Source: Alphaproteobacteria bacterium
GTDB lineage: Bacteria > Pseudomonadota > Alphaproteobacteria > CAISOG01
Assembly (NCBI GenBank): GCA_044345375.1
Contig: JBIJBF010000003.1
Location: 18,089-82,088 of the forward strand
Length of the DNA stretch: 64,000 bases
Reading direction: 5' to 3'
Part shown: piece after piece, positions 22,060 through 31,705 of the stretch
How the letters are laid out: every line of letters starts with the position of its first letter
Position numbering within the stretch: position 1 is the first letter of the stretch
Program-made: the position numbers and the translations under genes
Notes under the pieces: generated by a model
Seen by the model: the letters and a program-made list of their open reading frames with translations, nothing else
What the model was told of the DNA's origin: nothing
The model's database searches: none

Positions 22060-22755
22060 ATGCTTTTTGGTTTACAGGAAAGAATATTTTCGGTTAAAAA
22101 TAATTTACAGGCGGCGCAGGGATGCCGCCAAAGGGTTAACGATGTTGATAAAGGGGGTGGAATGTCGGGTGTGAATGGTGTGGTTGGTTTTAGGGTAGCG
22201 ACTCCAGATAGCAGGACTCTGTCAGATAGTCAGATTCCGTCAGTTCTGAACCTGGTCTTGACTATTGATTATTTGCGCGCGCGACAAGCACAACAAGCTC
22301 AGCGATCCAGCTCTCAATCGAACACCAGCGCTGCAAAGCTGCAACCAGAGCTGCCGTCGTTTTGTGAGGAAGAACTGGCTGTTTATAATCCGCCCATTAA
22401 GGTCACAGATATTCAAGGGCTTTTTACATTCACGCTGAAAAGAGATCCAACCCCCTTTTTTACCATTGCCAATAACGGATATGCGCCAACGGTAGGGAAA
22501 GCGAAAACGCTGGAATTTTTTGATCAAACGAAAACTCTTCATATGACGATAGTGGAGCAAGTATATCAAGAGCCAGTGGTTCATGGTAACACTATACAAC
22601 TTATTGAGTGCCCAAATGGCACTTTGGTGCCGGAGGAGAGGCTAGCAATTTATACTCTGTCGAGTGGCGACAGAGTAGTTGTTATGAATGCTGATGAATT
22701 GACGGTTCAATTTGTGTCTAGCAAAGATTCAGCACTCGCACCACATCAACGATAA
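22060..22755 (+). CDS. Hypothetical protein, low-GC orphan (true start may be the ATG at 22162)
   Basis: Open frame with AT-rich composition and no recognisable motif. Its 3' end overlaps glyS convergently. Confidence 0.35.
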   Translation: MLFGLQERIFSVKNNLQAAQGCRQRVNDVDKGGGMSGVNGVVGFRVATPDSRTLSDSQIPSVLNLVLTIDYLRARQAQQAQRSSSQSNTSAAKLQPELPSFCEEELAVYNPPIKVTDIQGLFTFTLKRDPTPFFTIANNGYAPTVGKAKTLEFFDQTKTLHMTIVEQVYQEPVVHGNTIQLIECPNGTLVPEERLAIYTLSSGDRVVVMNADELTVQFVSSKDSALAPHQR

Positions 22756-24107
22756 AACTCCTGAAAATACCCCGTCAGTTCGCTTAGTGGCAGGCGGGTT
22801 TGGGTCATGCTGTCGCGGTCGCGCAGGGTGACGCTGGCGGGCGATTTTTCTAGGCTTTCAAAGTCGATGGTGATGCACAGCGGCGTGCCGATTTCGTCGT
22901 GACGGCGATAGGCCTTGCCGATATTGCCGGTGTTTTCCAGCAGGATGCGGCCGATGCCCAGTTTTTGCAGGCTGTTCTTCACCTGCTGCGCCAGTTCCAC
23001 CAGTTCAGGCTTGTTGCGCGCCAGCGGGATGACGGCGGCCTTGATCGGCGCCAGATGGCGTTTGAGCTTCAGCACGATACGGGTGCCATCGCCCACCGCC
23101 TCCTCCGTATACGCCTCGCACAACAGGGCCAGCACGCCGCGGTCAACGCCGGCTGACGGTTCGATGACAAAGGGCACCATTTCCGCATTCGCCTCAGGAT
23201 CGCGGTAGGTCAGCTTGGTCACCGAATCGCCGTTGGGCAGCACGCGGGCGGTTAATGCCAACTCCTCAGGCTTTTTGGAGTGCGAGCCAAGGTCAAAATC
23301 GGTGCGGTTGGCGATCCCCTCCAACTCCTCCATCCCATGGGGAAAGCGGTAGAGGATGTCGGTGGTGGCCTTGGAATAGTGCGACAAATCCTCAAGTGCT
23401 GCCACAAACACCTCAAGATTTTCAAGGGTGAGCCCCTGTTCCTGCCACCAGGCCAGGCGGCGTTCCACCCATTCGGCATGCGCCGCCTCATCCACCCCTG
23501 GCATCACGAAATATTCCAGCTCCATCTGCTCAAATTCCCGCACGCGGAAGATAAAGTTGCGCGGGGTGATTTCGTTGCGAAAGGCCTTGCCGATTTGGGC
23601 GATGCCAAAGGGCAATTTGCGGCTGGTGGCATCCAACACATTTTTAAAGTTGGTGAAAATGCCCTGCGCGGTTTCGGGGCGCAGATAGGCAAAGGAATCC
23701 TCGTCGCTCAGGGGGCCAACCGTGGTTTTGAACATCAGGTTAAACGGGCGCGGCTCGGTTAAGTCTTTCGAGCCGCATTTGTCGCATTTGCCCTCTTTAA
23801 TATGGTCGGCGCGCCAACGGCTTTGGCAGTTTTTGCAATCGACCATCGGGTCAACAAAGGTGGATTCGTGGCCAGAATGGCGCAGCACCAGCCGGTTGGT
23901 CAGGATCGAGGCATCCAACCCCTCAACATCATCACGCTCATACACCATCGCCCGCCACCAGGCAGCCTTGAGGTTGTTTTTCAGCTCAACCCCAATCGGG
24001 CCGTAGTCATACACCCCCTGCAGCCCGCCATAAATTTCAGAACCTTGGAAGATGAAACCACGGCGTTTGCACAGGGCAACCAAATCTTGCATGGAGGTGG
24101 CGGGCAT
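22746..24107 (-). CDS. glyQS: Glycine--tRNA ligase, homodimeric alpha2 (GlyQS, class II) type
   Basis: N-terminus [40 protein letters not shown] plus a zinc-knuckle insertion ([12 protein letters not shown]...CDKCGS) and a C-terminal anticodon-binding domain. This is the single-chain 450-aa form rather than the bacterial glyQ+glyS pair. Confidence 0.85.
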   Translation of the reverse strand: MPATSMQDLVALCKRRGFIFQGSEIYGGLQGVYDYGPIGVELKNNLKAAWWRAMVYERDDVEGLDASILTNRLVLRHSGHESTFVDPMVDCKNCQSRWRADHIKEGKCDKCGSKDLTEPRPFNLMFKTTVGPLSDEDSFAYLRPETAQGIFTNFKNVLDATSRKLPFGIAQIGKAFRNEITPRNFIFRVREFEQMELEYFVMPGVDEAAHAEWVERRLAWWQEQGLTLENLEVFVAALEDLSHYSKATTDILYRFPHGMEELEGIANRTDFDLGSHSKKPEELALTARVLPNGDSVTKLTYRDPEANAEMVPFVIEPSAGVDRGVLALLCEAYTEEAVGDGTRIVLKLKRHLAPIKAAVIPLARNKPELVELAQQVKNSLQKLGIGRILLENTGNIGKAYRRHDEIGTPLCITIDFESLEKSPASVTLRDRDSMTQTRLPLSELTGYFQEFYR

Positions 24108-24218
24108 TTGTAAAGAACCTTTGGGCTGTCGATCAGAATAAGAACAGCCTAGGGTAACAGATAGACTTTGCAGAACAAGCCGTTTTTTGTTAGAAAGAAG
24201 GGCAATTTAGGAAAAATA

Positions 24219-25397
24219 ATGATGGCAGATTTATACCCAGCCAAGCTGGCGTTGGCGGATGGCACCGTGTTGCGCGGTACTGGCTTTGGCGCGCAGGGCC
24301 TGGCGGTGGGGGAGCTGTGTTTTCACACCGGCATGACCGGGTATCAGGAAACCCTTAGCGATCCATCCTTTGCCGGGCAGATCATCACTTTTACCAGCCC
24401 GCATATCGGCAATGTTGGTTGCAATACGGACGACAATGAGTCTGGCCGGCCGCGCGCGCTGGCGATGATTGCGCGGCAGCTGCCGACACAGCCCGCCAAT
24501 TATCGGGCGGAGGAAAGCCTGACCGGCTGGCTGCAACGCCATGGCCTGATCGGCCTGGCGGGGGTGGATACCCGTGCGCTGACCCTGATGATCCGTGATG
24601 CGGGGGCGGCGCCCCATGCGGCGATTTGGCATGGGGAGGTGGAGTCTGAGCCGGCGGATACGCTGTTGGTGCAACGTGCCGCCAGCTGGAATGGCCTGAA
24701 CGGGCTGGATCTGGCGATCACCGTGACCACCAATCAGGCCTATGATTGGCCGAGAACTGGGGGGGATGCTGCGGGCGTTTGGGGTGAGGCGGTGGCACCA
24801 GCCAACGGGCTGACCGTGGTGGTGATCGATTTTGGGGTGAAGGCCAACATGCTGCGCCATCTGGCTGGCCTTGGCTGCCGCGTGCGGGTGCTGCCGGCCA
24901 ATGCAACGGTTGAGCAGGTGATGGCTGAGGCGCCCTCTGGGGTGTTGCTGTCCAACGGCCCGGGCGATCCGGCGGCCACTGCGGCCTATGCGGCGCCGAT
25001 GATTCGCGGGTTGATCGAACGGCGGGTGCCGATTCTGGGCATTTGTTTGGGGCACCAGCTGCTGGCGCTGGCTTTTGGCGCGCGCACCTATAAATTGCCG
25101 CTGGGGCATCGCGGTGCCAACCACCCGGTGCGGCTAAGCGGCCATCAGGTGGGCATTACCAGCCAGAACCACGGCTTTGCGGTTGAGGCGGCCAGCTTAA
25201 CGGAGCGCGGGCTGAGGGTAACGCAGACGTCGTTGTTCGATGGCACGGTTGAGGCGTTTGACCACCCAACCCTGCCGATTTTGTCGGTGCAGTACCATCC
25301 TGAGGCTGCCCCTGGCCCGTTGGAAGGCGGGCGGTTGTTTGCCGATTTTGTCACCCTGATGCAACGCCATCGGGCGGGAGCTGCCCATGCCGCTTAG
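24219..25397 (+). CDS. carA: Carbamoyl-phosphate synthase small (glutaminase) subunit
   Basis: MMADLYPAKLALADGTVLRG start with an AGGAAAAA ribosome-binding site, and a class-I glutamine amidotransferase triad (GICLGHQLL ... H..E). No carB follows. Confidence 0.9.
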   Translation: MMADLYPAKLALADGTVLRGTGFGAQGLAVGELCFHTGMTGYQETLSDPSFAGQIITFTSPHIGNVGCNTDDNESGRPRALAMIARQLPTQPANYRAEESLTGWLQRHGLIGLAGVDTRALTLMIRDAGAAPHAAIWHGEVESEPADTLLVQRAASWNGLNGLDLAITVTTNQAYDWPRTGGDAAGVWGEAVAPANGLTVVVIDFGVKANMLRHLAGLGCRVRVLPANATVEQVMAEAPSGVLLSNGPGDPAATAAYAAPMIRGLIERRVPILGICLGHQLLALAFGARTYKLPLGHRGANHPVRLSGHQVGITSQNHGFAVEAASLTERGLRVTQTSLFDGTVEAFDHPTLPILSVQYHPEAAPGPLEGGRLFADFVTLMQRHRAGAAHAA

Positions 25398-26280
25398 GCT
25401 GTTCGCGATGCTGTTGTTGGCGGTCTTGACCGGCTGTGGTTCGGATGGCAAGTCCGTGTTGGCACCGGTGGTGGATGGGCTGGCGGGCAGTGGCAAGCGG
25501 GTGGCGACGACCAGTCATCCGGCGGCCAGCAAGTCTGTATCTGGGAGCGTTGGACAAGATAGCAGGGCGGTCGCTGTGGAGCCCATCAGCACGACGGCAA
25601 CCACCGATAGCGCGAGGCCAACCATCGAAAAAGTGGAAAGCAAGCCGTTAGCCAAGCCGGTGGTGTTGGCGCCGCTGCCCCCCACCAAAACCCAGCCGAC
25701 CAAAATCAAGGGCACGCCCGCCCCACCGTTGGAGGAGCATTCGGGTGCAGAAAAAGCGGTGGATGCCGAGCAAAAGGCGGTCAGCTTAGCCCCCAATGTG
25801 CCGACTGAGAATGAGCCGCAGACGGTGGCGGCTCAACCCCTCCCCAAAAAAATGGCAGAGGTGAAACCCGCCTCCACCACCGCGCCCCAGCTGTATTGGC
25901 CGCTTAAGGGGCGGCTGTTGTCAGGCTATGGCCGCCAGGATGAGGGGCGGTTTAACGATGGGTTGAACATTGCGGCGGCGGCTGGCACCCCGATTCAGGC
26001 GGCTGCGGATGGCAAGGTGGTGTATGTGGGCAACGACGTGCCGGCCTATGGCAATTTGGTGCTGCTGGAGCATGCCAACGGCTGGGTAACCGCCTATGGC
26101 CATATGGAGGCGGTGTATGTCAAGCGCGGCGAATCGGTGCGGCACGGTGTGATGATCGGGCGGGTGGGCGCCACCGGCAAGGTTGCTGAGGCGCAGCTGC
26201 ATTTTCAACTGCGCCAAGGCAAACAACCAGTCGACCCCGCGCCCTTCCTGCCTAAGATGACGGTGTCGGCGGCGGGGTAG
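25387..26280 (+). CDS. M23-family peptidoglycan endopeptidase lipoprotein (NlpD/LytM-like)
   Basis: LTGC lipobox, a P/A/T-rich linker and a C-terminal M23 domain (GLNIAAAAGTPIQAAADGKVVYVG...GHMEAVYVKRGESV...HFQLR). Confidence 0.8.
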   Translation: MPLRLFAMLLLAVLTGCGSDGKSVLAPVVDGLAGSGKRVATTSHPAASKSVSGSVGQDSRAVAVEPISTTATTDSARPTIEKVESKPLAKPVVLAPLPPTKTQPTKIKGTPAPPLEEHSGAEKAVDAEQKAVSLAPNVPTENEPQTVAAQPLPKKMAEVKPASTTAPQLYWPLKGRLLSGYGRQDEGRFNDGLNIAAAAGTPIQAAADGKVVYVGNDVPAYGNLVLLEHANGWVTAYGHMEAVYVKRGESVRHGVMIGRVGATGKVAEAQLHFQLRQGKQPVDPAPFLPKMTVSAAG

Positions 26281-26293
26281 GGGGGGTGCGCCG

Positions 26294-26797
26294 CTACCCG
26301 TTATAGGGGTTCGGGATGCTCATCTTGGCCAGCAGCTGGATTTCGATCGCCTCCATCACCGCGGCCTCAGCCTCAGTCTCATGGTCATGGCCCAGCAGGT
26401 GCAACAGGCCGTGCAGGATTAGGTGGGCAAAATGATGCGCTAGGGGTTTGGCGGCCGCCGTTGCCTCAGCCACCATCACGCCGGATGCCACATACAGCTC
26501 CCCCGTTGGGTATTCGGCCAACAGCTCCACCGGCACGCCGATCAGCTGTTCGGGGGGATAGGGGAAGGACAGGATGTTGGTGGGCGCGTCTTTGCCGCGG
26601 TGTGCCTGATTCAGCTGCTGGACGAGATCGTTGTCGGTTAGGATGATCTCCACCCGCTGCGCATCCAGCCGTGGCTCAACCAGGCGCAGCTGCTGCCAGA
26701 TTTGCTGCACGGTGGCGGCGGGCTGATCCAACAGATCGTCCCAAACCGGGTCGTCGATGGTTAGGTTGAATGGGGCAGTTTGAGGATCGGGTGGCAT
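26294..26797 (-). CDS. ybeY: rRNA maturation endoribonuclease YbeY
   Basis: HxxxH zinc motif (HLILHGLLHLLGHDHETE). Sits immediately downstream of phoH, the conserved pair. Start set at MPPDPQ. Confidence 0.85.
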   Translation of the reverse strand: MPPDPQTAPFNLTIDDPVWDDLLDQPAATVQQIWQQLRLVEPRLDAQRVEIILTDNDLVQQLNQAHRGKDAPTNILSFPYPPEQLIGVPVELLAEYPTGELYVASGVMVAEATAAAKPLAHHFAHLILHGLLHLLGHDHETEAEAAVMEAIEIQLLAKMSIPNPYNG

Positions 26798-26801
26798 GCT
26801 G

Positions 26802-27776
26802 CTAAGTTTTGGCCTCATAGGCGCGGATGATGCGGCCGACCAGCGGGTGGCGCACGACATCCTGATCGGTAAAGCGGGTTACCGCCACCCCCTCAACCCC
26901 TGCCAGCACATCAATGGCTTCGGCCAAGCCCGAACGCTGGCCGGCGGGCAGATCGATTTGGGTTAGATCGCCGGTGATCACCATTTTGCTGCGCTCACCC
27001 AGGCGGGTCAGGAACATTTTCATTTGCGCTGGGGTGGTGTTTTGCGCCTCATCCAAAATCACATAGGCGTGGTGCAGGGTGCGGCCGCGCATGAAGGCCA
27101 GCGGCGCAATCTCAATCTCCCCCGATTCCATCCGCCGCACCACCTGATCGGATGGCATCATGTCGTAAAGCGCGTCGTAGAGGGGGCGCAGGTAGGGATC
27201 AACCTTGTCCTTTAGGTCGCCGGGCAGAAAGCCCAGCCGTTCCCCCGCCTCAACCGCTGGGCGTGACAGGATGATGCGATCCACCTGATTGGCCGCCAGC
27301 ATCGCAACCCCCATCGCCACCGCCAGATAGGTTTTGCCGGTTCCAGCGGGCCCAACCCCAAAGGTCATGTCGTGCTTTTGCAGGGCATCCACATAGGTTT
27401 TTTGGCCAGCGGTGCGCGGCTCGACATAGCGTTTGCGGGTTTTGATGCCGCCGCCCTCGGTAAACAGCTCAGCCCCTGGTAAGGCAGCAGAGGCGCGAAT
27501 GGCCGAATCAATCTCCCCATCATCCAGCAGCACGCCGCGCTTGGTGCGCTCATAAAGGGTGATCAGCACCTGCCTGGCCAGTTCGCAGCTGGAGTTGGCG
27601 CCAACAACGGCCACGCGGTTGCCGCGGGTGGAAAGCTGCACCCCCAATGCCTTTTCGATATGGCGCAAATGCTCGCCATGCTGGCCAAACAGATTGGGCA
27701 ACAGCGCGTTGTTGTCAAATTGGATATAGACCGGTTCGGCAGGGTTGGCAGGCGGGTGGTGGGGCGGGTGTGGCAT
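26802..27776 (-). CDS. phoH: PhoH-family ATPase
   Basis: Walker A GPAGTGKTYLAVA, then DEAQN and the ITGDLTQIDLP PhoH signature. Confidence 0.9.
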   Translation of the reverse strand: MPHPPHHPPANPAEPVYIQFDNNALLPNLFGQHGEHLRHIEKALGVQLSTRGNRVAVVGANSSCELARQVLITLYERTKRGVLLDDGEIDSAIRASAALPGAELFTEGGGIKTRKRYVEPRTAGQKTYVDALQKHDMTFGVGPAGTGKTYLAVAMGVAMLAANQVDRIILSRPAVEAGERLGFLPGDLKDKVDPYLRPLYDALYDMMPSDQVVRRMESGEIEIAPLAFMRGRTLHHAYVILDEAQNTTPAQMKMFLTRLGERSKMVITGDLTQIDLPAGQRSGLAEAIDVLAGVEGVAVTRFTDQDVVRHPLVGRIIRAYEAKT

Positions 27777-27848
27777 GAAACAGGATTGCCTTGATCAAGG
27801 GGTTGATTGGCAGAATCCTAGCAACGCCGCCAAGCGTTGGCTAGGGGA

Positions 27849-29264
27849 TTAGGTCAGCCATTTGAGCGCGAAGGTGGCAAAGCCCAAAAAGGCCATAAAG
27901 CCGACCACATCGGTAACGGTGGTCACGAAAACGCCGCTGGAGATGGCCGGATCGATTTTAAAACGATCAAGGGTCAGGGGGATCAGGGTGCCCGCCAGCG
28001 AGGCCGCCAGCAGGTTGACGACCAGCGCCGATCCCATCACCACGCCAATCACCCAATTTTGGTACCATAGGCCGCTGAACAGGCCGATTAACAGGCCAAG
28101 GCTAAGGCCATTCAGCAGGGCGATCAGCAATTCCTTGACCACAAAGCGCCCCCGTGCGCCCTCACCCAACATCCGGGTCGCCATCCCCCGCACCGCCACC
28201 GCCAGGGTTTGGGTGCCGGCATTGCCGCCCATGCTGGCGACAATCGGCATCAGCACGGCCAGCGCGATCACCTGTTGCAGGGTGTCTTGGAAAAAGGAGA
28301 TTACCCAGCTGGCCAACATCGCGGTGGCCAGATTGATGCTGAGCCAGACAAAGCGGGGGCGGGTGGTGGCCAGCAGGCCGGCGGAAAGATCGCTGTCCCC
28401 CGCATGCGCCAAGCGCAACACATCCTCGGTCGCCTCAGCCTGCAAGACATACAGCACATCATCCACGGTGATCACCCCGATCAGGCGGCCATCGCTGTCA
28501 ATCACTGAGGCGCTGACCAGGCTGTAGCGGCGAAAGATTTGCGCCACCTCCTCCTGATCTGTGTTGACCCCGATCGAATGAAATTCTGGCCGCATCACAT
28601 CGCGCAGCAGGTTGCTGGGCTTGGCGCGCATCAGCTGGGCCAGGGGCAGAACGCCGACCGGCTGATGCGCGGGGTTGACCACGCTGATTTCATAAAACTG
28701 TTCGGGCATTTCCGCCCAGTCTTGCAGCGCCAACCGTGCCTGGCCTATCGTCCAATGTTCCGGCATCGCCATCACCTCGCGCCGCATCAGCCGCCCCGCG
28801 CTGTCCTCAGGGAAGGTCAGGCCTTCTCGCAGGGTTAGCTGCTCCCAGGCGGGCAGGGCGTCCAACACCGCCTGCTGCTCCTCCTCATCCAGATTTTCTA
28901 GCAGGTTAAGCGCATCATCCGATGCCATCTGCTTCAGCGCATCGGCGATCTCGGTGGGGGTCAGATCCTCCAACACATCATCGCGCACGCTGTCGTCCAG
29001 CTCAGCCAGCACATCGGGGTCCAGATCCTCGCCCAACAATTCGATCAGGGCATGCCGGTTTCTGTGCCGCAGCTGGGTTAGCACCAGGGCGATGTCGGGC
29101 GCTGACAGGTCATGCAGCAGCGCCAACACCACCTCAGCCTCCTCATCCTCCAGCGCGATTTCCACCTGTTTCCAAAGCGGGGGTAGGGGGTCGGCGTGCG
29201 GATGCTCCTCAACCACTGGGGTGGGGTTTTCGGGCTCTAAAAGGTGGGGATCGGTGATGGTCAT
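27849..29264 (-). CDS. mgtE: Magnesium transporter MgtE
   Basis: N-terminal MgtE-N domain, tandem CBS domains and five C-terminal transmembrane helices (MgtE channel architecture). Confidence 0.85.
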   Translation of the reverse strand: MTITDPHLLEPENPTPVVEEHPHADPLPPLWKQVEIALEDEEAEVVLALLHDLSAPDIALVLTQLRHRNRHALIELLGEDLDPDVLAELDDSVRDDVLEDLTPTEIADALKQMASDDALNLLENLDEEEQQAVLDALPAWEQLTLREGLTFPEDSAGRLMRREVMAMPEHWTIGQARLALQDWAEMPEQFYEISVVNPAHQPVGVLPLAQLMRAKPSNLLRDVMRPEFHSIGVNTDQEEVAQIFRRYSLVSASVIDSDGRLIGVITVDDVLYVLQAEATEDVLRLAHAGDSDLSAGLLATTRPRFVWLSINLATAMLASWVISFFQDTLQQVIALAVLMPIVASMGGNAGTQTLAVAVRGMATRMLGEGARGRFVVKELLIALLNGLSLGLLIGLFSGLWYQNWVIGVVMGSALVVNLLAASLAGTLIPLTLDRFKIDPAISSGVFVTTVTDVVGFMAFLGFATFALKWLT

Positions 29265-29356
29265 GGCATCAACCCTTGCTGCAGAAGACTAGGTGGTTTC
29301 TTTGTCGGTTACTTCTGCGGAATGGTCAAGCGATAGGGTGGGGGTGTGTCTGTTAC

Positions 29357-29590
29357 TTAATTCCCCTCCCGCGGAGGGGTGGCAGGCGAAGCCTGACGGG
29401 GTGGTTGTTTTAAAAGTTTGTCAGGCGCAGCCTGCCTCCTTTAGATATTTGTCAGGCACAGCCTGACGGGGTGGTTCTTATCTTGGTGGTGTGATGCGCT
29501 GCAGGCAGCACCATGTTTGAATTGTTTGTTACAAGGACCACCCCGCCCTTCGGGCACCCCTCCGCAGGAGGGGAATTTAAGGGGAATTAA
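29357..29590. repeat. Cluster of REP-like elements: one inverted full copy, two partial inverted copies and a variant direct copy
   Basis: 29357-29406 is the reverse complement of the REP consensus. 29418-29440 and 29449-29477 are partial copies. 29536-29577 is a variant in which gcccttcgggc replaces the central hairpin. The cluster lies between the mgtE start and the rnpB 3' end. Confidence 0.75.
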
Positions 29591-29597
29591 GAATTTA

Positions 29598-30028
29598 AGA
29601 TGTCGGTTGGCCTGTAAGCTGGGTTTTGTCTGGGCGGTGAACCGCCCTGGATGGCCATTCATCTTGGGGTGGAATTGCTTCCACACCTCTAGCAACCGAC
29701 CCGCAGAGCCATCGTGGAAACCCGATTGAGTCCCCGAAAAACGGGGGCTCGCGCCCTGCCTATTTGGTTTTGCTCCGGATGGGGTTTACCGCGGCCACGA
29801 TCGGTTGCCCAATCGGCGGTGCGCTCTTACCGCACCTTTTCACCCTTACCGCCCAAGGGTCGAAACCCAAGGACGGCGGTATCGTTTCTGTGGCACTTTC
29901 CCTTGAATTGGCGTTTTCAGCCAACCCCGCTGGGCGTTACCCAGCATCCTGCTTCCATGGAGCCCAGACTTTCCTCTCACCAGCCGAAGCTGAGCAAGCG
30001 GCCATCCAGCCAACCGACGCCGCCATCG
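29598..30028 (-). ncRNA. rnpB: RNase P RNA, bacterial type A
   Basis: The minus strand carries GAGGAAAGUCUGGGCUCC (P4 5' strand), GGUAAGGGUGAAAAGGUGCGGUAAGAGCGCACC (the P10/11-12 consensus), GGUAAACCCCAUCCGGAGCAA and ACAAAACCCAGCUUA (P4 3' strand). P1 is formed by GUCGGUUGGC near 30019 pairing with GCCAACCGAC near 29605. Ends are estimated to within about 5 nt. Confidence 0.9.
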
Positions 30029-30066
30029 TGGCCGATCGGCCTGTTTTGTCAAGAGTGGGGGGACGG

Positions 30067-30831
30067 TTATTCGGCAAAAACCGCGTTGGTGTAGACATCC
30101 TGCACGTCGTCATGCTCATCGAGAGCATCCAGCAGTTTCAGGGCGCTGGCGGTGGCATCTGCGGTCACATCGTTGGAGGTAAGGGGGGTTGGGGTCAGGG
30201 GCAGCCAGACCAATTTGGCGCTGGCCGGCGTGCCAAACTTTGCCTCAAGCCCATCGCGCAGGGTGGCCAGATCATCGGGGGCGCAAAAGGCCGACAGCAT
30301 CGCCATCCCTTCCTCATCCTCCTCCTCAGCCTGCACATCATCCGCGCCCAATTCCAACGCCAGCTCGAACAATTGATCGAATGAGATGCGGGCGGGATAG
30401 GTGATTTGGCCAGCGCGTTTGAACATAAAGGCCACGCTGTTTCCCTCACCCAAGCTGCCGCCGTTTTTGTTGAAAATGGTGCGGACGTCGCTGGCGGTGC
30501 GGTTGCGGTTGTCGGTTGAGCCCTCAACAATAATCGCGATGCCGCCGGGGCCGTAGCCCTCATACCGCACCTCATCATACACCACGCCGCCCTCCTCCCC
30601 ACTGCCCTTACGGATGGCGCGTTCCAGGTTGTCTTTGGGCATGTTGGCCTCACGCGCTGCGGTGATCGCCGCTCTTAGCCGTGGGTTGGTGGCGGGATCG
30701 GCGTTGGATCGCGCCGCCACCATCACCTCGCGCACCAGTTTGGAGAACAGGCGGCTGCGCTTGGCATCCTGCGCGCCCTTGCGGTACATGATGTTTTTAA
30801 ACTGGGAATGGCCAGCCATGATTGCCTCCAA
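30067..30831 (-). CDS. yebC: YebC/PmpR-family transcriptional regulator (DUF28)
   Basis: MAGHSQFKNIMYRKGAQDAKRSRLFSKL is the conserved N-terminus of the family; 254 aa. Confidence 0.9.
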   Translation of the reverse strand: MEAIMAGHSQFKNIMYRKGAQDAKRSRLFSKLVREVMVAARSNADPATNPRLRAAITAAREANMPKDNLERAIRKGSGEEGGVVYDEVRYEGYGPGGIAIIVEGSTDNRNRTASDVRTIFNKNGGSLGEGNSVAFMFKRAGQITYPARISFDQLFELALELGADDVQAEEEDEEGMAMLSAFCAPDDLATLRDGLEAKFGTPASAKLVWLPLTPTPLTSNDVTADATASALKLLDALDEHDDVQDVYTNAVFAE

Positions 30832-30849
30832 CCTTTTTTGTCGAAAAGC

Positions 30850-31452
30850 CTAAAAGCTGATGTTGTCGTGGGTATCGCTGCCGCTGGCCGCATCGGGCAG
30901 GGGGTTTTTGCTGGGGTAGCGTTGCAGCACGGCATCCAGATCGCTTTGCTTGCAAATTTCCAGCCCAACTGGATGGCGCGGGCGGATATTGGCATGGTTC
31001 CAGTGGGTGCGGTCGCGAATGGTTTGGATGGTGTGCTTGGTGGTGCCCAGCAGTTTGACAATCGCGTGATCCGGCACCTCAGGATGCGTGCGCAAGACCC
31101 AGGCCACGGCATCGGGCTTGTCCTGACGCTTGGAAAGGGGGGTGTAGCGGGTGCCACCGCTGCGGCTGGGCAACTCAATCCGGCTTTCGCTGGCCCGCAG
31201 CTGCGCCGACCCATCGGCCTCGCACCGAGCAATCTCCTCAGCCGACAAAACACCGCTCATCAACGGGTTGGAGCCCTGCAGGCCGGTGGCGATATCCCCA
31301 TCCGCCAATGCCTGCACCTCAAGCTGATGCAGGCCGCAAAAGGCGGCAATCTGATCAAAGGTTAGGCCGGTGTTGTCGATCAACCAAATGGCCGTGGCCT
31401 TTGGCATCAAGGGCAGGGCGGAGGATGCGGTTTTTTTAGGGGCGGTGGCCAT
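30850..31452 (-). CDS. Conserved alphaproteobacterial DUF1013-family protein (TrcR-like regulator)
   Basis: PLMPKATAIWLIDNTGLTFDQIAAFCGLHQLEVQALADGD and the internal GTTKHTIQTIRDRTHWN match my memory of DUF1013 proteins. Confidence 0.5.
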   Translation of the reverse strand: MATAPKKTASSALPLMPKATAIWLIDNTGLTFDQIAAFCGLHQLEVQALADGDIATGLQGSNPLMSGVLSAEEIARCEADGSAQLRASESRIELPSRSGGTRYTPLSKRQDKPDAVAWVLRTHPEVPDHAIVKLLGTTKHTIQTIRDRTHWNHANIRPRHPVGLEICKQSDLDAVLQRYPSKNPLPDAASGSDTHDNISF

Positions 31453-31705
31453 CGAGGGATCCTGTTGTTTTTTGTGTGGTTAGCCTTAGAGCCATGCAAC
31501 AGAGCCCAGCCGCGCAAAACACCGCCAAACCCCGCCCAAGCCGTATCAAAAGCTGTCATGGATGGCTAATGGTTACTGCATTGCTGGGTTTGATGCAATT
31601 GAAAAATTGGTGGGGTTGGGGGCGGTGTTCAAAACGGATACATCGCTTTACGAGCTTTACAGAAAATGGCATGGTTTTTCTATAAACTGAGAAAAAATAT
31701 AGAAA

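Noticed and set aside
31453-31705. Searched for integrase, an att site, a tRNA target or a repressor at the left boundary of the phage cluster, and similarly for 44070-46520 at the right boundary
   Set aside because: None found. The 69-aa ORF at 31476-31685 is a compositionally odd, probably spurious frame in promoter DNA, so the element is not annotated as a standard integrated prophage.
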